Shown piece by piece: positions 21,873 to 33,623 of a DNA stretch of 64,000 bases. Below the pieces are notes generated by a model that saw nothing but the letters and a program-made list of their open reading frames with translations, was not told the origin of the DNA and did not search any database. The DNA lies in contig JAUPSS010000003.1 of NCBI GenBank assembly GCA_040285825.1, positions 2,170,001 to 2,234,000 of the forward strand, in the 5' to 3' direction. Position numbers and translations under genes: made by a program. This stretch comes from Eukaryota sp. TZLM1-RC. Taxonomy: Eukaryota > Protista > Metamonada: BaSk clade. Position 1 is the first letter of the stretch. Each line of letters starts with the position of its first letter.

Positions 21873-23558
21873 ATGGACCTCTTTGAAGAAGGAACCAAAA
21901 TTCTCCTTGACAAATGCCGTACTGGTATTCCTACTCTCTTTACTGGCAACGTCTTTGTTGTCTTCGGATCTGTTATTAGTTTCTTGTTTTCTGCTGTTAT
22001 AGGCGGAAATGATATAGCAAATGTTGGTGAGTTGTAGTTCACAACTGATCATAGGCCATAGGAACTACTGTATGTAGTGGAGCGTTATCAATGAAGAAGG
22101 CCATCTTCCTTGCATGTGTTTTCGAACTCAGTGGTGCTTTCTTCTTGGGCCGCTCTGTCACTGGTACCATCAGTTCTGGTTTGTTCACTTTTGTCATCTC
22201 TCTCACTTCAGGTATTTCAAAGTCTGAATACTTTACAGATCCTGTTCAGTACCAAGCAGGAATGTTTGCAGCTTTGGCCAGCGGTTTCATCTGGTTGCTT
22301 GCAGCAACGTTGTGGTCGGTTCCCGTTAGTACTACGTATGACATTCTCATTGTTTCACTTTAGTCATTCAATTGTAGGAGCTGTCATGGGTTTTGCTATT
22401 GTGACACACGGTGTGGGTGCTGTTTATTGGGACAGTGTCGCTACAATTGCTGCTTCTTGGCTCTTGAGTCCTCTTCTTGGTGCCATTATTGCCTATATCT
22501 TGTTTAAACTCACCGCTAAGCTTTGTTTTGATTGCCCAAACCCCATAGAACGTACGATATCCCTCATGCCATCGTTTTTTGCCGCCAGTGTTTTTGTCTT
22601 TTCTCTGTTTTTCACTTTGAAAGGATTGACAAATATTATAGCCATAACCACTACGGAAGCTGCTTTAATATCACTTGTAGCAGCTTTTGGATCCTATATT
22701 GTTCATCATTTGTTCCTTCGACCAAGAATGAATAGAGAGATTCCAACAAGCATACTGAACAAGCATCGTTCGCTCTTATCTATAGATATTCAGCGTCCTT
22801 CAATGGATGATTCTAACCCTAACCCCAATCCCAATCAAGATACTTCTGAAGATATGGTAACCATTGAGATGGAGACGAAGCCTGCAGAAAACGATGTTAC
22901 TGAGCAAATAGATCATGCTTCTGATTTAGAAGAAAATGAAGGAAAGGTCAAAGTTTCTGAACCAGAAACTGATGATGAAGAAAAAAAAGATAACACTGAA
23001 GTTGATCAACCATTTGATCAAAAACTTCAAGATCAAATTATTGCCAAATTGCGAAGAAAGTCTGCCGATAAGTTGTTTGCACCCTTACAAATTCTTGCAT
23101 GTGCCTTCATCGCCACTGCTCATGGTTCTGTTGATATTGCTAAGTCTGTCGCCCCCCTAGCTGCCATTCTTCATATTTGGGAGAATGGAGATTTCGGTGA
23201 ACCTACAGTGCCTCTTTGGACCTTGTTTGTTGGTGGTGTTGGTCTCACGGTTGGTTTGGTAACATTGGGGTACAAGGTAATTCAAACAATTGGAACTGGT
23301 ATCACCAAAGTTACAAACTTGAATGGTACCGTAATTCAGCTCTCTGCTGCCATTACTGTGCTTTTGGGTTCATCTTTTGGTCTTCCTATCTCAACTTCTC
23401 ATATTTTAGTAGGAGCTGTTGTTGGACAAGCAATTGCAAGAAAGACTGAGGTCCGGTGGAAGACTGTTCGTCACATTTTGTTTTGTATGGTTATTACATT
23501 GCCAATTGCATTGGGTACTTCTTCAATTATTATGCTTGGCCTTAATGCTAACATTTAG
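21873..23558 (+). CDS. PiT-family (SLC20/Pho89) inorganic phosphate transporter; introns 22023-22054, 22179-22211, 22336-22363
   Basis: Splicing restores GGNDIANAIGT and PVSTTHSIVG; second signature AHGSVDIAKS and LPISTSH. Confidence 0.92.
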
Positions 23559-23894
23559 TCTTTTCGGTTTTTTGTTTCAAATAAATTTATTTTTTGTACT
23601 TCACAATTTGGACAATTTTGCAACAGTTTTCATGTCATTATTAACTTGATTAACAGAACATCATGCAGTAAATTGTATCAACTTTCAACTTGTTCTTATC
23701 TGAACCTTTACTTAGTGGGTCAAGACTCATTGAAGAAAGGCTTTTTCTACAAAGTCTTTACGTAATTCCTTTCTTCAAAATCCATCTCTGGTTTAATTCA
23801 GAAGTTTTGAGGTAGATATGTTCATGGCAAATTGTGTTGACGATAATTCAAAATTCTCCATTTTTCAAATGTTCTTTTACATTTTATTTTGAAT

Positions 23895-24258
23895 CTCAAC
23901 CCTCTGGAATTCGTCCCATTGCTGTTGGTGAATCTCTCTCTGGTTTGTTTGCCTCAATTATTTTCAACCGAATTGTGAAAAAAGCTGGAAAATTTTTGTC
24001 TCCTTTGCAATTTGGTATTCAAACGATTGTTGGAGCTTCAGTTGCTGCTCTTACATCTGATTTGTTCTTTAACTCCAAAGGAAACAATTTTATTTTCAAT
24101 TTAGATTTGAGCAATGCTTTTAATAGTGTAAAAAGAAAAGCAGTTTACGAAGTAATTCAAAAACATTTTCCTGAACTATCAAGCTATTTCTGTTTGTTTT
24201 ATGGTAAACCAAGTGAATTAGTTTATGATGTTTTTTCTCTCAAGTCTTCATCAGGTGA
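23895..24258 (+). mobile_element. CRE RT fragment, host of LTR element 2; continues at 28614-29100
   Basis: GIRPIAVGES, LQFGI, LDLSNAFNSV, SSSG. Confidence 0.8.
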
Positions 24259-27200
24259 TAATATTAAGATATTATTAGTGAAAGATATTATTATTAGGTT
24301 AAGATAATTTTATTTAATGTTATTCTATATACTTAGGAACTCACTAGTGAGATACGTACGCAACCCTTAAAGGCCATCACTAGTGAAGTTTATATGATAA
24401 ATGTACTAACTAATTGTCCACAATACAACACTACCTTTTCCCTCTTTTAGATCTCGTACGAGAGCTATAAAAATTAACTGCGGAGGAATTAGTGTTAGAT
24501 TTAGAATCGGAATTAACTTTCCGTTTCCTGGTAGTGGGAGGACCAAGGGTACGCAAATATGATTGGTATGCCTCAGTACTTTTGACGTCAGCAACTGGGA
24601 CAGACGATGTTACGCCGCCATACCAAAGTGCGATGCAATAAGGATTCTTATTATTATTCGAGTCTAAAATTGAAATGATCTATGATCTTAATAATAACAG
24701 ATTCTTCTATATCACCGGCAGCAATGTTCTTATGGCAATCCATAACTTCCATAAAGAAGTCAGAAAGATATGATTTACAATGATTAATGCTTGCCATGGA
24801 CATCGAACCAGTGACAAGATTCTTGAGTAATAAACTTTTATTCGATTTCACTTTTTCGATGAGAAAGGGGCCAGCGAAGTAACAATGGGGTTTACCATTA
24901 GTCTTAAATTGCAAAAATAAGTCACCTTTATTAAAAGGGTTCCTATGTTTGTTAACTTCGGGCAGTTGATGAGCTTGCCTGAGCTCTGCCTGTTCTTTTT
25001 TCTTAAAAATCTTTTCAAGTTTTGCTTCAGCATCTTTAACAAAGGGAGTATTAACATTAGCTGATTTTATTAGTTCAAACATATTACTTGGATCAGCTCT
25101 AGGGCTGTGATCACTACCAAACATTAAATTGAAAGGCAAATAACCAGTAACTCTACTGATAGTTGAATTAATTTGAAGTTGCACAATTGGGATATATTCA
25201 GTCCAATTGCTGTAATCACCAGAGCCCACCAAAATCTTTCTTAGATTTTGTAAAATGTCTCTGTGACGTCTTTCTACTAAACCGTTGCTTTGTGAAAAGC
25301 CAGTTAGTGAACGACTTCGATATTTGATAAATCGCATAACCCTTTGAAGATGACATTTGCAAATTCAATACTATTGTCACTATGAATTAACAGTGGTATA
25401 CCAAAAATTGACACTACACTCCATAGGAGGTGATTGGTTGCTTCCACTGCATTCAATTCCTTTACAGGGCAAATGATCGTATACCTAGTGAACGAATCTA
25501 CAAAAACTATTAAATATTTGAATCCATTATCATCTTGTTGTAATGATCCAATAGTGTCTGTATTTAATCGTGCAAAAGAACGATCAGCACAAAGAGAGCC
25601 AGATGATTCAATGACATTTTTAGGCACATGTGCCGTTTTTTGACATGCTGGGCATCTCTTAATATGATTGATCATGTCTTTGCGCATCTTTGGCAAAAGT
25701 AATCACTATAGAGTAATTTCTTTATGCTAATCGTCACACCAGGATGGCCAACATCTGCATGTCCATGAAAGATAGTTAAAAATTGCTTCTTTAAACTATC
25801 TGCCATATTACTCCACCTACAGCCACATTAGACGCGTAAGCACTTATTAAAATATGCTTGTCTTCTGAGGGCAATTCTAGAGGGATATTTGCTTTGATAA
25901 GTTTTATAATCTTACCAAAGGCCTCGTTATGATCAGAAGTCCACTTGATCTTTGACTGTTTGTTTCTGGTCAATTTGTTGATTGGTTCTATCAAATCAGA
26001 AAAATTGGGCAACCAGTCACGTAAATAAATGATCGAACCTATAAAACTTCTAACTTCAGGAAATGTCCCAGGTTTGGATAGGTTGATCAGTCCGTCAATC
26101 CTAGATTCCTCTATATAACGGGTTTTGTTTACAGAAATACTACCTAGAATTTTGTTTCATGTTTGCAAGTGGTAAAGCTACACTTGGGTAGGCCCAGATT
26201 AACTTTAAAACGTTTGGCGCGTTCTAGGACCGTACCTACTCTTGATAGAAATTCATCCACGGTTAAAGCTACTATTATAATATCATCGATATATATAAAT
26301 ACGCCCTCAGAATCAAATATTTCCATCATCATGTTTTGGAAGACTGCAGGAACGTTCTTCAAACCAAAACAACCCCTTTTAAAACTGATCGACATTCCGG
26401 GAATTGATACGGTAGTTTTATCAATATCCTCTTTTGCAATTTTGAGATGCCAAAATGCCTTAGGTAAATCTAGAGTTGCTATATAATTCGCTTTACTTAG
26501 AAACTCTAAAATGTCGCTAATCCTGGGCAAATTTGCCTCTACAGGTTTAGTTAAATCGTTCACTCCACCAATACCACTAAAATCGCCAGTTAATCGTGGC
26601 TTCCTGTGATCAGGGTAAATCACAAGACAGATGGGACTACTGAATTGAGACTTTGCGGGCACAGCAAATCCATTACGGATCAATTCGTTAAAAATTTCCT
26701 CAGCTACCCGTTGTTTTTCTGGGTTTAATTTTCGAGGTTTCCTTTTGACGACCTTACTTTCGTCATAAAATGGAATGGTCATCGGCTGACAATCAATTCC
26801 ATCCGGGTGAGGTAGCCCACTAAATACATTTCTATATTTTTCGAGTAGCACGACTAGGCGTTCCTCGTCCCTAATGTCATGCAGGCATATTCTACAGCCC
26901 AACTCATCTAACTCATGTCTAAATGTGGAATGCCCAAAATCATTACCTAAGTCTGATTTATTACTCAATTGTTCAATGAATCTAATTGGTTGACAAATTC
27001 TATTATCAAACTCACATTCAGCATTTAAGATGGTGCGATGTTCGCGATCCAAATTAATATTAAAACCGTGCTCCGTGCGTAGCCCCAAGGTTTGTAATAA
27101 GTCTCTTCCGATCAAAAAATTATTGGTACCAGGAATGATCTGGAATTCGATCCTTAAAAACACTTGAGTGGCCCAGCTACCACATTGAAAGCAAAAACAC

Positions 27201-28608
27201 CACGGGTCGTGGATCGAATACCGTTTGCCGATAGGTATTCGACGGTTTTATTGTAATTGACCGTCATGTTACATTTTAGACCTAAAACCATCAATAAAGC
27301 TGAGAATGCAGTTCCATTGTCAATTTTTCCCTTTACTTCCATGTTGTTTATTGAACAGTTCAACCATAGTTCCACGTTAGGACTTTTTTGGTCTCCTGTC
27401 ACCCTGGATAGTCTAACACTGTGGATAGAACCTTCAGGATTGGACGACTCTCTAAATCTTTTTAATGGATTTAGGTGTCTATAATTCGAATCCATTTTGC
27501 TCATTTCATAAATGGTTTTGGTTGAATTATGTGTAAGGATGTTAAAACATAATTATTCATCTGATATATTACTGTTAAATAACTTACGCTTGTCACTTTG
27601 ACCACCTCTTCGTTTTTTGTTGCCGGGCCTACCTACTATTGAAAAGCATTTGTTTTCAGTGTGTCTATCTGCAGATGCTATTACAGATGCTGCACCATTG
27701 CCGAGCAGGAGTTTGCTTGGGTTGGTGTTCAGTTTTACAACTACATCTAAATACTCTAGGGTTCATTCTGAAGGAACCTTTGAACTGGCTTAGTCCCCTC
27801 AACGAAGGTTTGTTACCAAATAAAATTTTCACATTTGATAATTCCAGGTTCTCGAATTCTTTCAATTTCTGCACGAAGGCTTGTCCGAGAGCATATATAG
27901 CGTCGCCCAATTTGCTAACGTCCCTACTACTTTGAGGAAATTCATCAATTCAAATTTCATAGGTGTATACCAATTGGTCGCTAATTTTCTTGTTGATTTT
28001 TCTAGCATTTTTCTAGCAGGAAAAACAACAGAAGGCTGATTGTCGGTATTCTGTGCCCATCCATTCAATTTCAGAAGGGTCAGCGGGGTAGGTTTATCAC
28101 CGTCCCCATCTTCAGTCCCATCGTTTGGGTTAGATGTTCCCTTCAAAGCGGAGGTAACAGTAACAGAAGACGAGTCTTCATGAGCTTCTTCGGATGAGGA
28201 CAAGGGTTCGTGTTAGAGGTGACCTCTCCATCTCGTTCAATCATTTTAGAAGGAAGCTGTTGGCTTCTCACACCAAGAACTAACTTCATCCTATTAGGGA
28301 AAATGTTGTCTGGGTCATCGGTGTAATTACCTATGTTTCTTTCCGCAGGAGGAGCGTTTTTCGCGGTTGAAGTGCTTCTCTTCTCAGAAAAAGGATTACA
28401 CTTCTTTGTAGGAAGAGTCTCCTGGTGAGGAGAATTGCTGTTAATTTCCTGGCCGACTGAGCCATTTATTAATGATGCTGTAAGGTTATACATGTACAGT
28501 AACAGAATAGAGATAAGAATATTTATTAAATTCACCGGCCCTTATAAAGGCCATCACTAGTGAAATATCTCTGATAAATGTACTAGATTAATTTTCCACA
28601 GTACAACA
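24259..28608 (-). mobile_element. Ty3/gypsy LTR retrotransposon 2, degenerate and related to element 1
   Basis: TSD GGTGA (24254-24258, 28609-28613); LTRs about 24259-24430 and 28465-28608, similar only in their U3-side half; PPT AAAAGAGGGAAAAGGTAG; RT LDLPKAFW/YIDDII; IN HSDNS/SNGLVERRH; internal deletion near 25790. Confidence 0.88.
24654..27504 (-). pseudogene. fragmented pol (PR-RT-RH-IN) of element 2
   Basis: ORFs 27154-27504, 26144-27163, 25791-26012, 25304-25696 and 24654-25337 are collinear with element 1 pol. Confidence 0.88.
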
Positions 28609-28613
28609 GGTGA

Positions 28614-29100
28614 TGTGCTAGTTCCCGTACTTGATGGATCAATGATTATTATTGATGTCAGATCTACTGATGTATCAAACAGCTCAAATGAAAAACTGGC
28701 ACAATCTTATAATTCACCTTTACGTAGAGCTGAAGAAGCGAAAATTATCAAGTACACAGAAAAAAATCAATAATCTGAATTCCAACTCACATACTCAATA
28801 GCTTCATTGTCATTTTGCTTTTGCTTTATTTGGAACTTTGGGTAAAACTGCGTTATCTTTTTTGGACGATTTTTCATCTATTGTCAAAAATAGAACTGGA
28901 AGAATATTTGAGAATAACCCTTTGGCAAAACAGAATTGTGTTTTCTAATTTTAAAGGAATGCATAGCCTTGTTTCAAGCTCATTGTTTTCACTAGGAAGA
29001 TTTATGAAGAAAATGCTGTAGGAAAATCTTCAATAGTAGATGTGTAGTTTGAGGAAATTGGTCTTTAGTTTTTTACAATTTTGTTTGAATAAAATATGTA
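28614..29100 (+). mobile_element. CRE endonuclease / 3' fragment
   Basis: GDVLVP..IIDV..AEEAK..KY; LWQNRIVFS. Confidence 0.7.
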
Positions 29101-29111
29101 TCAAAAAAACC

Positions 29112-29812
29112 GAAACTACTTTATTCTACTATTTGTGCCATGTACATGTGAAATACAACTAGTTTGAGTTGTAACAAAGTGGCTAAAGTGTGTAATTCAC
29201 TAAAACAGCAACCAACTTCCTTAAAGTATAACTAAATAAATGGGTAGACACTGACATTTACAGGATCAAGAAACACAAGTGAATAAAATCCAATTGTAAA
29301 CTTGGTCACTGTGCAACAGTGGGAGACAGCAGAATAGAACAAAGTGGGTTGTGGCGTACCGAAGTTTGAGGTGTTCGTTTCGCAATAACATTCGCTGACC
29401 AACCACCGATTGGCACTGTGCATGAACAACAAGACAATGTAGGACTGATTAGAACGGTTTGTAATAACTCTTCGTCGAGAAACAAGATGTAAGTTATCCA
29501 ATGTCTATACAAAAGTTGTTGAGATGGAAAGTGTAACACTCATTCCGGACGAGACATCAAACAAGAATAAAGCACGTCCGCGCGTATATAAGTGTAATGT
29601 TAGTTACGTTAGACTTCATGCATCAATGGTGAGTGATGCTGAAAACACGTGTAACATGAATAATGAAAGATTTGTTTTGATTTTCTCTTATATTGCACAT
29701 TACTGAATTTTGACCTACGTCAATGTTTTCAAACACAGTATGACAATGAAGATGCGTAGATTCAGGACATTGTTGTGCTGAAGTGACTTTTACCCCTGAC
29801 TGCAGCATGATT
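29112..29812. repeat. unidentified dispersed repeat (about 0.7 kb), copy 1
   Basis: Reverse-complement match to 57943-58022 + 59818-60437. Confidence 0.85.
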
Positions 29813-31121
29813 TGTCAAAACATCTGGTTCCCCCCTTATCCTTGTACCCTAGGCATCTCTTCTTCTACGTCTAGAAAACTTCAAAGATTAAATCTTTGGA
29901 AATTATGAAAATTCCTATGTACATTCTAGTTATTCTCAATGGCCCAGAAACATTCAAACCGCACCATCAATACCTCGCTTACTCATCCAACCAGGGTTGA
30001 CTAATGTTGACCAAAATTGAAGTTATTGTACACTTTAAAGCGAGCCAGGCTTCTCATTTTCTTCTTCAATTCCTTCTCTCTTCAATATTTACTTAATGCA
30101 TCTGTTTTCCATGATGTAGCCAAATAGAACAATGAAGAGTTAGAATAAGAACTGATCATATTTGGGGTTTACGAGTACCTCAAACTATCAAATCTAACTT
30201 GAAGAATTTTTTTAGGTGTATCGATGTTTGACAACGAGAGTGTTTGTGACCTTTAGCCTTCTCAAGTTGACTGGGCAGGTGATACAAGAAGGAAGTACAA
30301 CTTTCACAGACAATCAAAATAAAGTTATTGAGCACCTCATTTTCTTCAGAACTTAGTTAATTTAAATGTTTCATTCGAATCTTCCTGAAAATTCTGATTG
30401 TGCTGAACTGTTAAAATTTATAAACAAACTTATTAATTCTCCTATCCCAAACATAGCAACAAACATTGTTTGTCATGCTGGAGGAAGTCAATTTGGGATT
30501 TTGGTTATGTTCAAAAATTGCTTTATTGAAGAAATGGCAAAGCCGATACTGCTTGCTTCAATAATTCAAATTCCACAGCCATTCGTCCAAAGAAGAAAAA
30601 AAGGAAAAAGGAAAAGTGAACTTTTTTTAGTTATCAATTTATTTTGTTAAATGTGCAGTTATAATTTATTTATTTAAAAGTATTGGAAAATGATAAACTA
30701 CAATTTTATCCAGGAGTGCCATTCTGCTTGAAGTAGTGTTCTAGACATTGTGTTTCCAAGCTTTATTCAATTGTAGCTTGTTGTTTATAGATGGGTGAGG
30801 AATATATGGTAGACTAGCAGTTTATAAGTATACTTGAAAACTAATTGTTTTTGAAGAAATCACAGGCAGAGTTGGCACCTTTAAGTTCAAATAATCTAAT
30901 GATAAAATTAATCAACTTTATGTCATTCACTTCAAACTCTGCGACTTAAAACAACACTGAAACTTGATACTTCAAGGCTTGATACTTCAAGGCGTAACAA
31001 CAAACGGTAATGATTATGGTAAATTATTCTTACATACAGGTTGCTTCCAATTGAAATATCCGTTTCCATATCACAATGAGTAGAGAGGCTATGTGGGCAT
31101 GAGAAGAGAGGACGACAGAAG

Positions 31122-33486
31122 TTGTTTGAGATCCAGGTGTCCACGAGTAGACAGAATCCTTTGATTCTTATTCACACCACATGTTGCTTAAAACTGTATT
31201 TACAGTCTTGTTTTGAACGTAATTTGTCATTACCACGAATATCTTCCCAATTATATGAATCATTAATGGCCAGAATTCGTTATATTTCAGCTGAGTATTA
31301 TGGGCAAGAAATGGTGAAACCAAAAAGTGCATTTCCACAGGATTTTGAAAACTTTGTTTATGGTGAAGGAGATTATAGATTATCAACCACCTTTGAACAA
31401 CAAAAGTTGAACAAAACATTGAGTTATGTAGACCATTTGAGATATGGGCCTGAGTTTTTTCCACGATTTCCAACTGATGGATTCAGTAGACCACCTGAGT
31501 ATATGGCCCCAGTAATGTTTGCCAATTTTGAGAATAACTTGAAATTGAATTATGAAAAACATATTAATCGATTTATTAATGTTTACTTTGACAAACCAGA
31601 TGTGGAAAATGTGTTAGCAGAAATGCATAAGCTGGGTGGATACTCAACGCCATTGTTTACTATAATTTCACTATATAGATTTAGGCTTCGTCAATTCAAA
31701 AATTTGTTTTTAGTTGATGATAGAGATTGCTTGAGTTCTTTGTTTCATCATCCTGAAAATATTTCAGACCTTCTGAATGATGAATTTTTCGATTCATGTG
31801 AACAACATGATATTAGTAATAATGAACTTACAGACATCTTTGAAAGTCTTATGAGGCATTTACTTGTCAAATTGAGAATTTGGTCACTGACGAGAATTTA
31901 GTTGATAACATATTTCCAGGGTATATACACTTTTTTGCAGACGCTATTGAAAAAGATCATCAAATATTCCTAAAACCAGGAACTACAATTGTCCAATTTA
32001 TTTGCAGTAGAAACGAGAGAAAACCTTATCAAATTTCTCCTGTTTCAACCAATGTGGGCCCTGGATATTTTCCAATTGATACAAGAACAATATGGACAAT
32101 TCTTAGACAAACATTGATGGACGATTTGTTGCCTGATCAGAGATTAAAAATGGTCAATACACAAGCCCAAGTTCTTAGATTCAATCCACCTGGGCAATTT
32201 GACCTTTAATCTAATATTCTCCATTTAAACCAGCCAATGTTCAAACAAAAGAGCTATAAATTCAACAACATTATCCACACATATGGATTTAATATTGCAG
32301 TAGAATTTGTTCGTCAGGATTTACAAGGTCAGAAATGTAAGCCAAACAACAAGGCTAGTATTTCGGATTTATATATTTATGATGTTGATGTTGCTACTGT
32401 TCAAGGCAAACGAATTGTTGTTTGTGATCCTGGAAAACGTGATTTATTGTATTTTGGGAGTAAAAAGACTGATCAAGAATTAGCCATGGTACCTGAACAT
32501 GAAACTGAACAGCAAAGAAATAGTCAGGTGATGAATCAAGACAAGAAGTACAAATGGTTGAGAATGACTCAGATGTCCTGGTCTTTGAAAAGTAGGATGA
32601 ATGAAAAGCAAAAACGATGGGCGATAAGGTATACTGAGGTAGATTACGACAGGAACCAAATGATAGAGTCTAATCAAATGACAATTGATGATGCAAACAC
32701 CGAATTATCCGCGCGTTTGCTGCCAATTCAGCAACTTTTATAGATTTTTCCAACTTTGTGGTTGCCAAACTTCGGCAAGTTTTTTTGACAATTGACTTTT
32801 ACAGTATTGACTTGTGGAGCATTCATAAAATGCAAGCTTTTATTCACAAGCAAAAGACTGAAAGTTGGTTGTTAAAAAGCCTTGTTCAGCAGTTTGGCAA
32901 TCCAAAAGACACTTTAATACTAATGGGTGATTGTGGTAAAAAAGGTTTTAAAAATTTGAAACATCATAGACCTACTCGAGGCATTTAATAATTTGCCATT
33001 ATTAATAGATTACCGCGGTTTTTCAATCGAATTAAAGAAGCTTTAGCTAGACACCAAGCAAATCAAGATTTTGTAGAGGAAATCTTGGTTTAATGATAGT
33101 CGTCTTATTAGTTATGATTTAATTTAATCAAGTGTGCAAATTCAATAAATACGATAATAGGCATTGGATGGATTCAATTTCTGAAGAGAAATGGATTTGA
33201 AGTATTGATGATTAATGAAGCTTTCACTTCAGCAAAATGTCCTGTTTGTTTTGAAAAGGTTGCTACGTTTTTGAGAGTAACAAATCCTAGATTCTATAGA
33301 AGAGAAAGGACTCCTGTTACTACATGTAATGGTTTATTAGCTTGTAATAGCGAGAGTTGCAAAACCAGTAACCAAGGCTCAACAAAGCTTTTCAATAGAA
33401 ATAAGCTGGCTTGTCTGAATATGTTTGCAATTGCTGAAGCTAGAATGAGTGGTAATGAAAGACCTCAGTATCTGTGTAGTGGATAG
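31122..33486 (+). pseudogene. Fanzor1 (eukaryotic TnpB-like RNA-guided RuvC nuclease), disrupted
   Basis: N-terminal HTTCCLKLYL..LPRI; RuvC-I IVVCDPGKRDLLY; LILMGD; PTRGIGW..L; INEAFTSAKCPVC; GLLACNSESC; RuvC-III FNRNKLACLNM; two frameshifts, one stop codon, one retro-insertion. Confidence 0.9.
32986..33158 (+). mobile_element. short family B 3'-end insertion within Fanzor
   Basis: Matches 52699-52862; TSD AGGCATT at 32979-32985 and 33159-33165. Confidence 0.92.
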
Positions 33487-33575
33487 TTTTTGTAATTATT
33501 CCACACGAAAATTGATCGTGTATTTATGGGAATTTCCCACAAAACAATTCAGAACTACAGGATGTATTAAAGTTG
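33440..33575 (+). ncRNA. candidate Fanzor omegaRNA scaffold and guide (boundaries uncertain)
   Basis: Directly 3' of the Fanzor stop: hairpins ACACGA/TCGTGT and TGGGAA/TTCCCA enclosed by TTTTGT/ACAAAA. Confidence 0.5.
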
Positions 33576-33623
33576 TAACATTCAATCATCTACACAATAC
33601 AAAATTTTCAATTACATAATACA

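Noticed and set aside
22811-22840. Telomere-like TAACCCTAACCC
   Set aside because: It encodes the NPNPNPN loop within the PiT ORF, and there are only two units
29400-29800. TGA-as-Trp coding in the dispersed repeat (several shared in-frame TGA codons)
   Set aside because: The copies are too similar here for shared TGAs to be informative, the same frame also has TAA/TAG, and the GHKL gene ends in TGA
29820-30650. Possible transposase or partner gene upstream of Fanzor
   Set aside because: Only short broken frames, with no recognisable DDE, serine-recombinase or HUH motif; cannot be supported
33548-33557. Putative Fanzor guide matching family A (ATTCAGAACT near 43378)
   Set aside because: A 10-nt match is expected by chance in AT-rich sequence, and the guide boundary is unknown
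33557-33578. Tc1/mariner-like terminus TA-CAGGATGT downstream of Fanzor
   Set aside because: I found no matching inverted copy in the window and no DDE transposase
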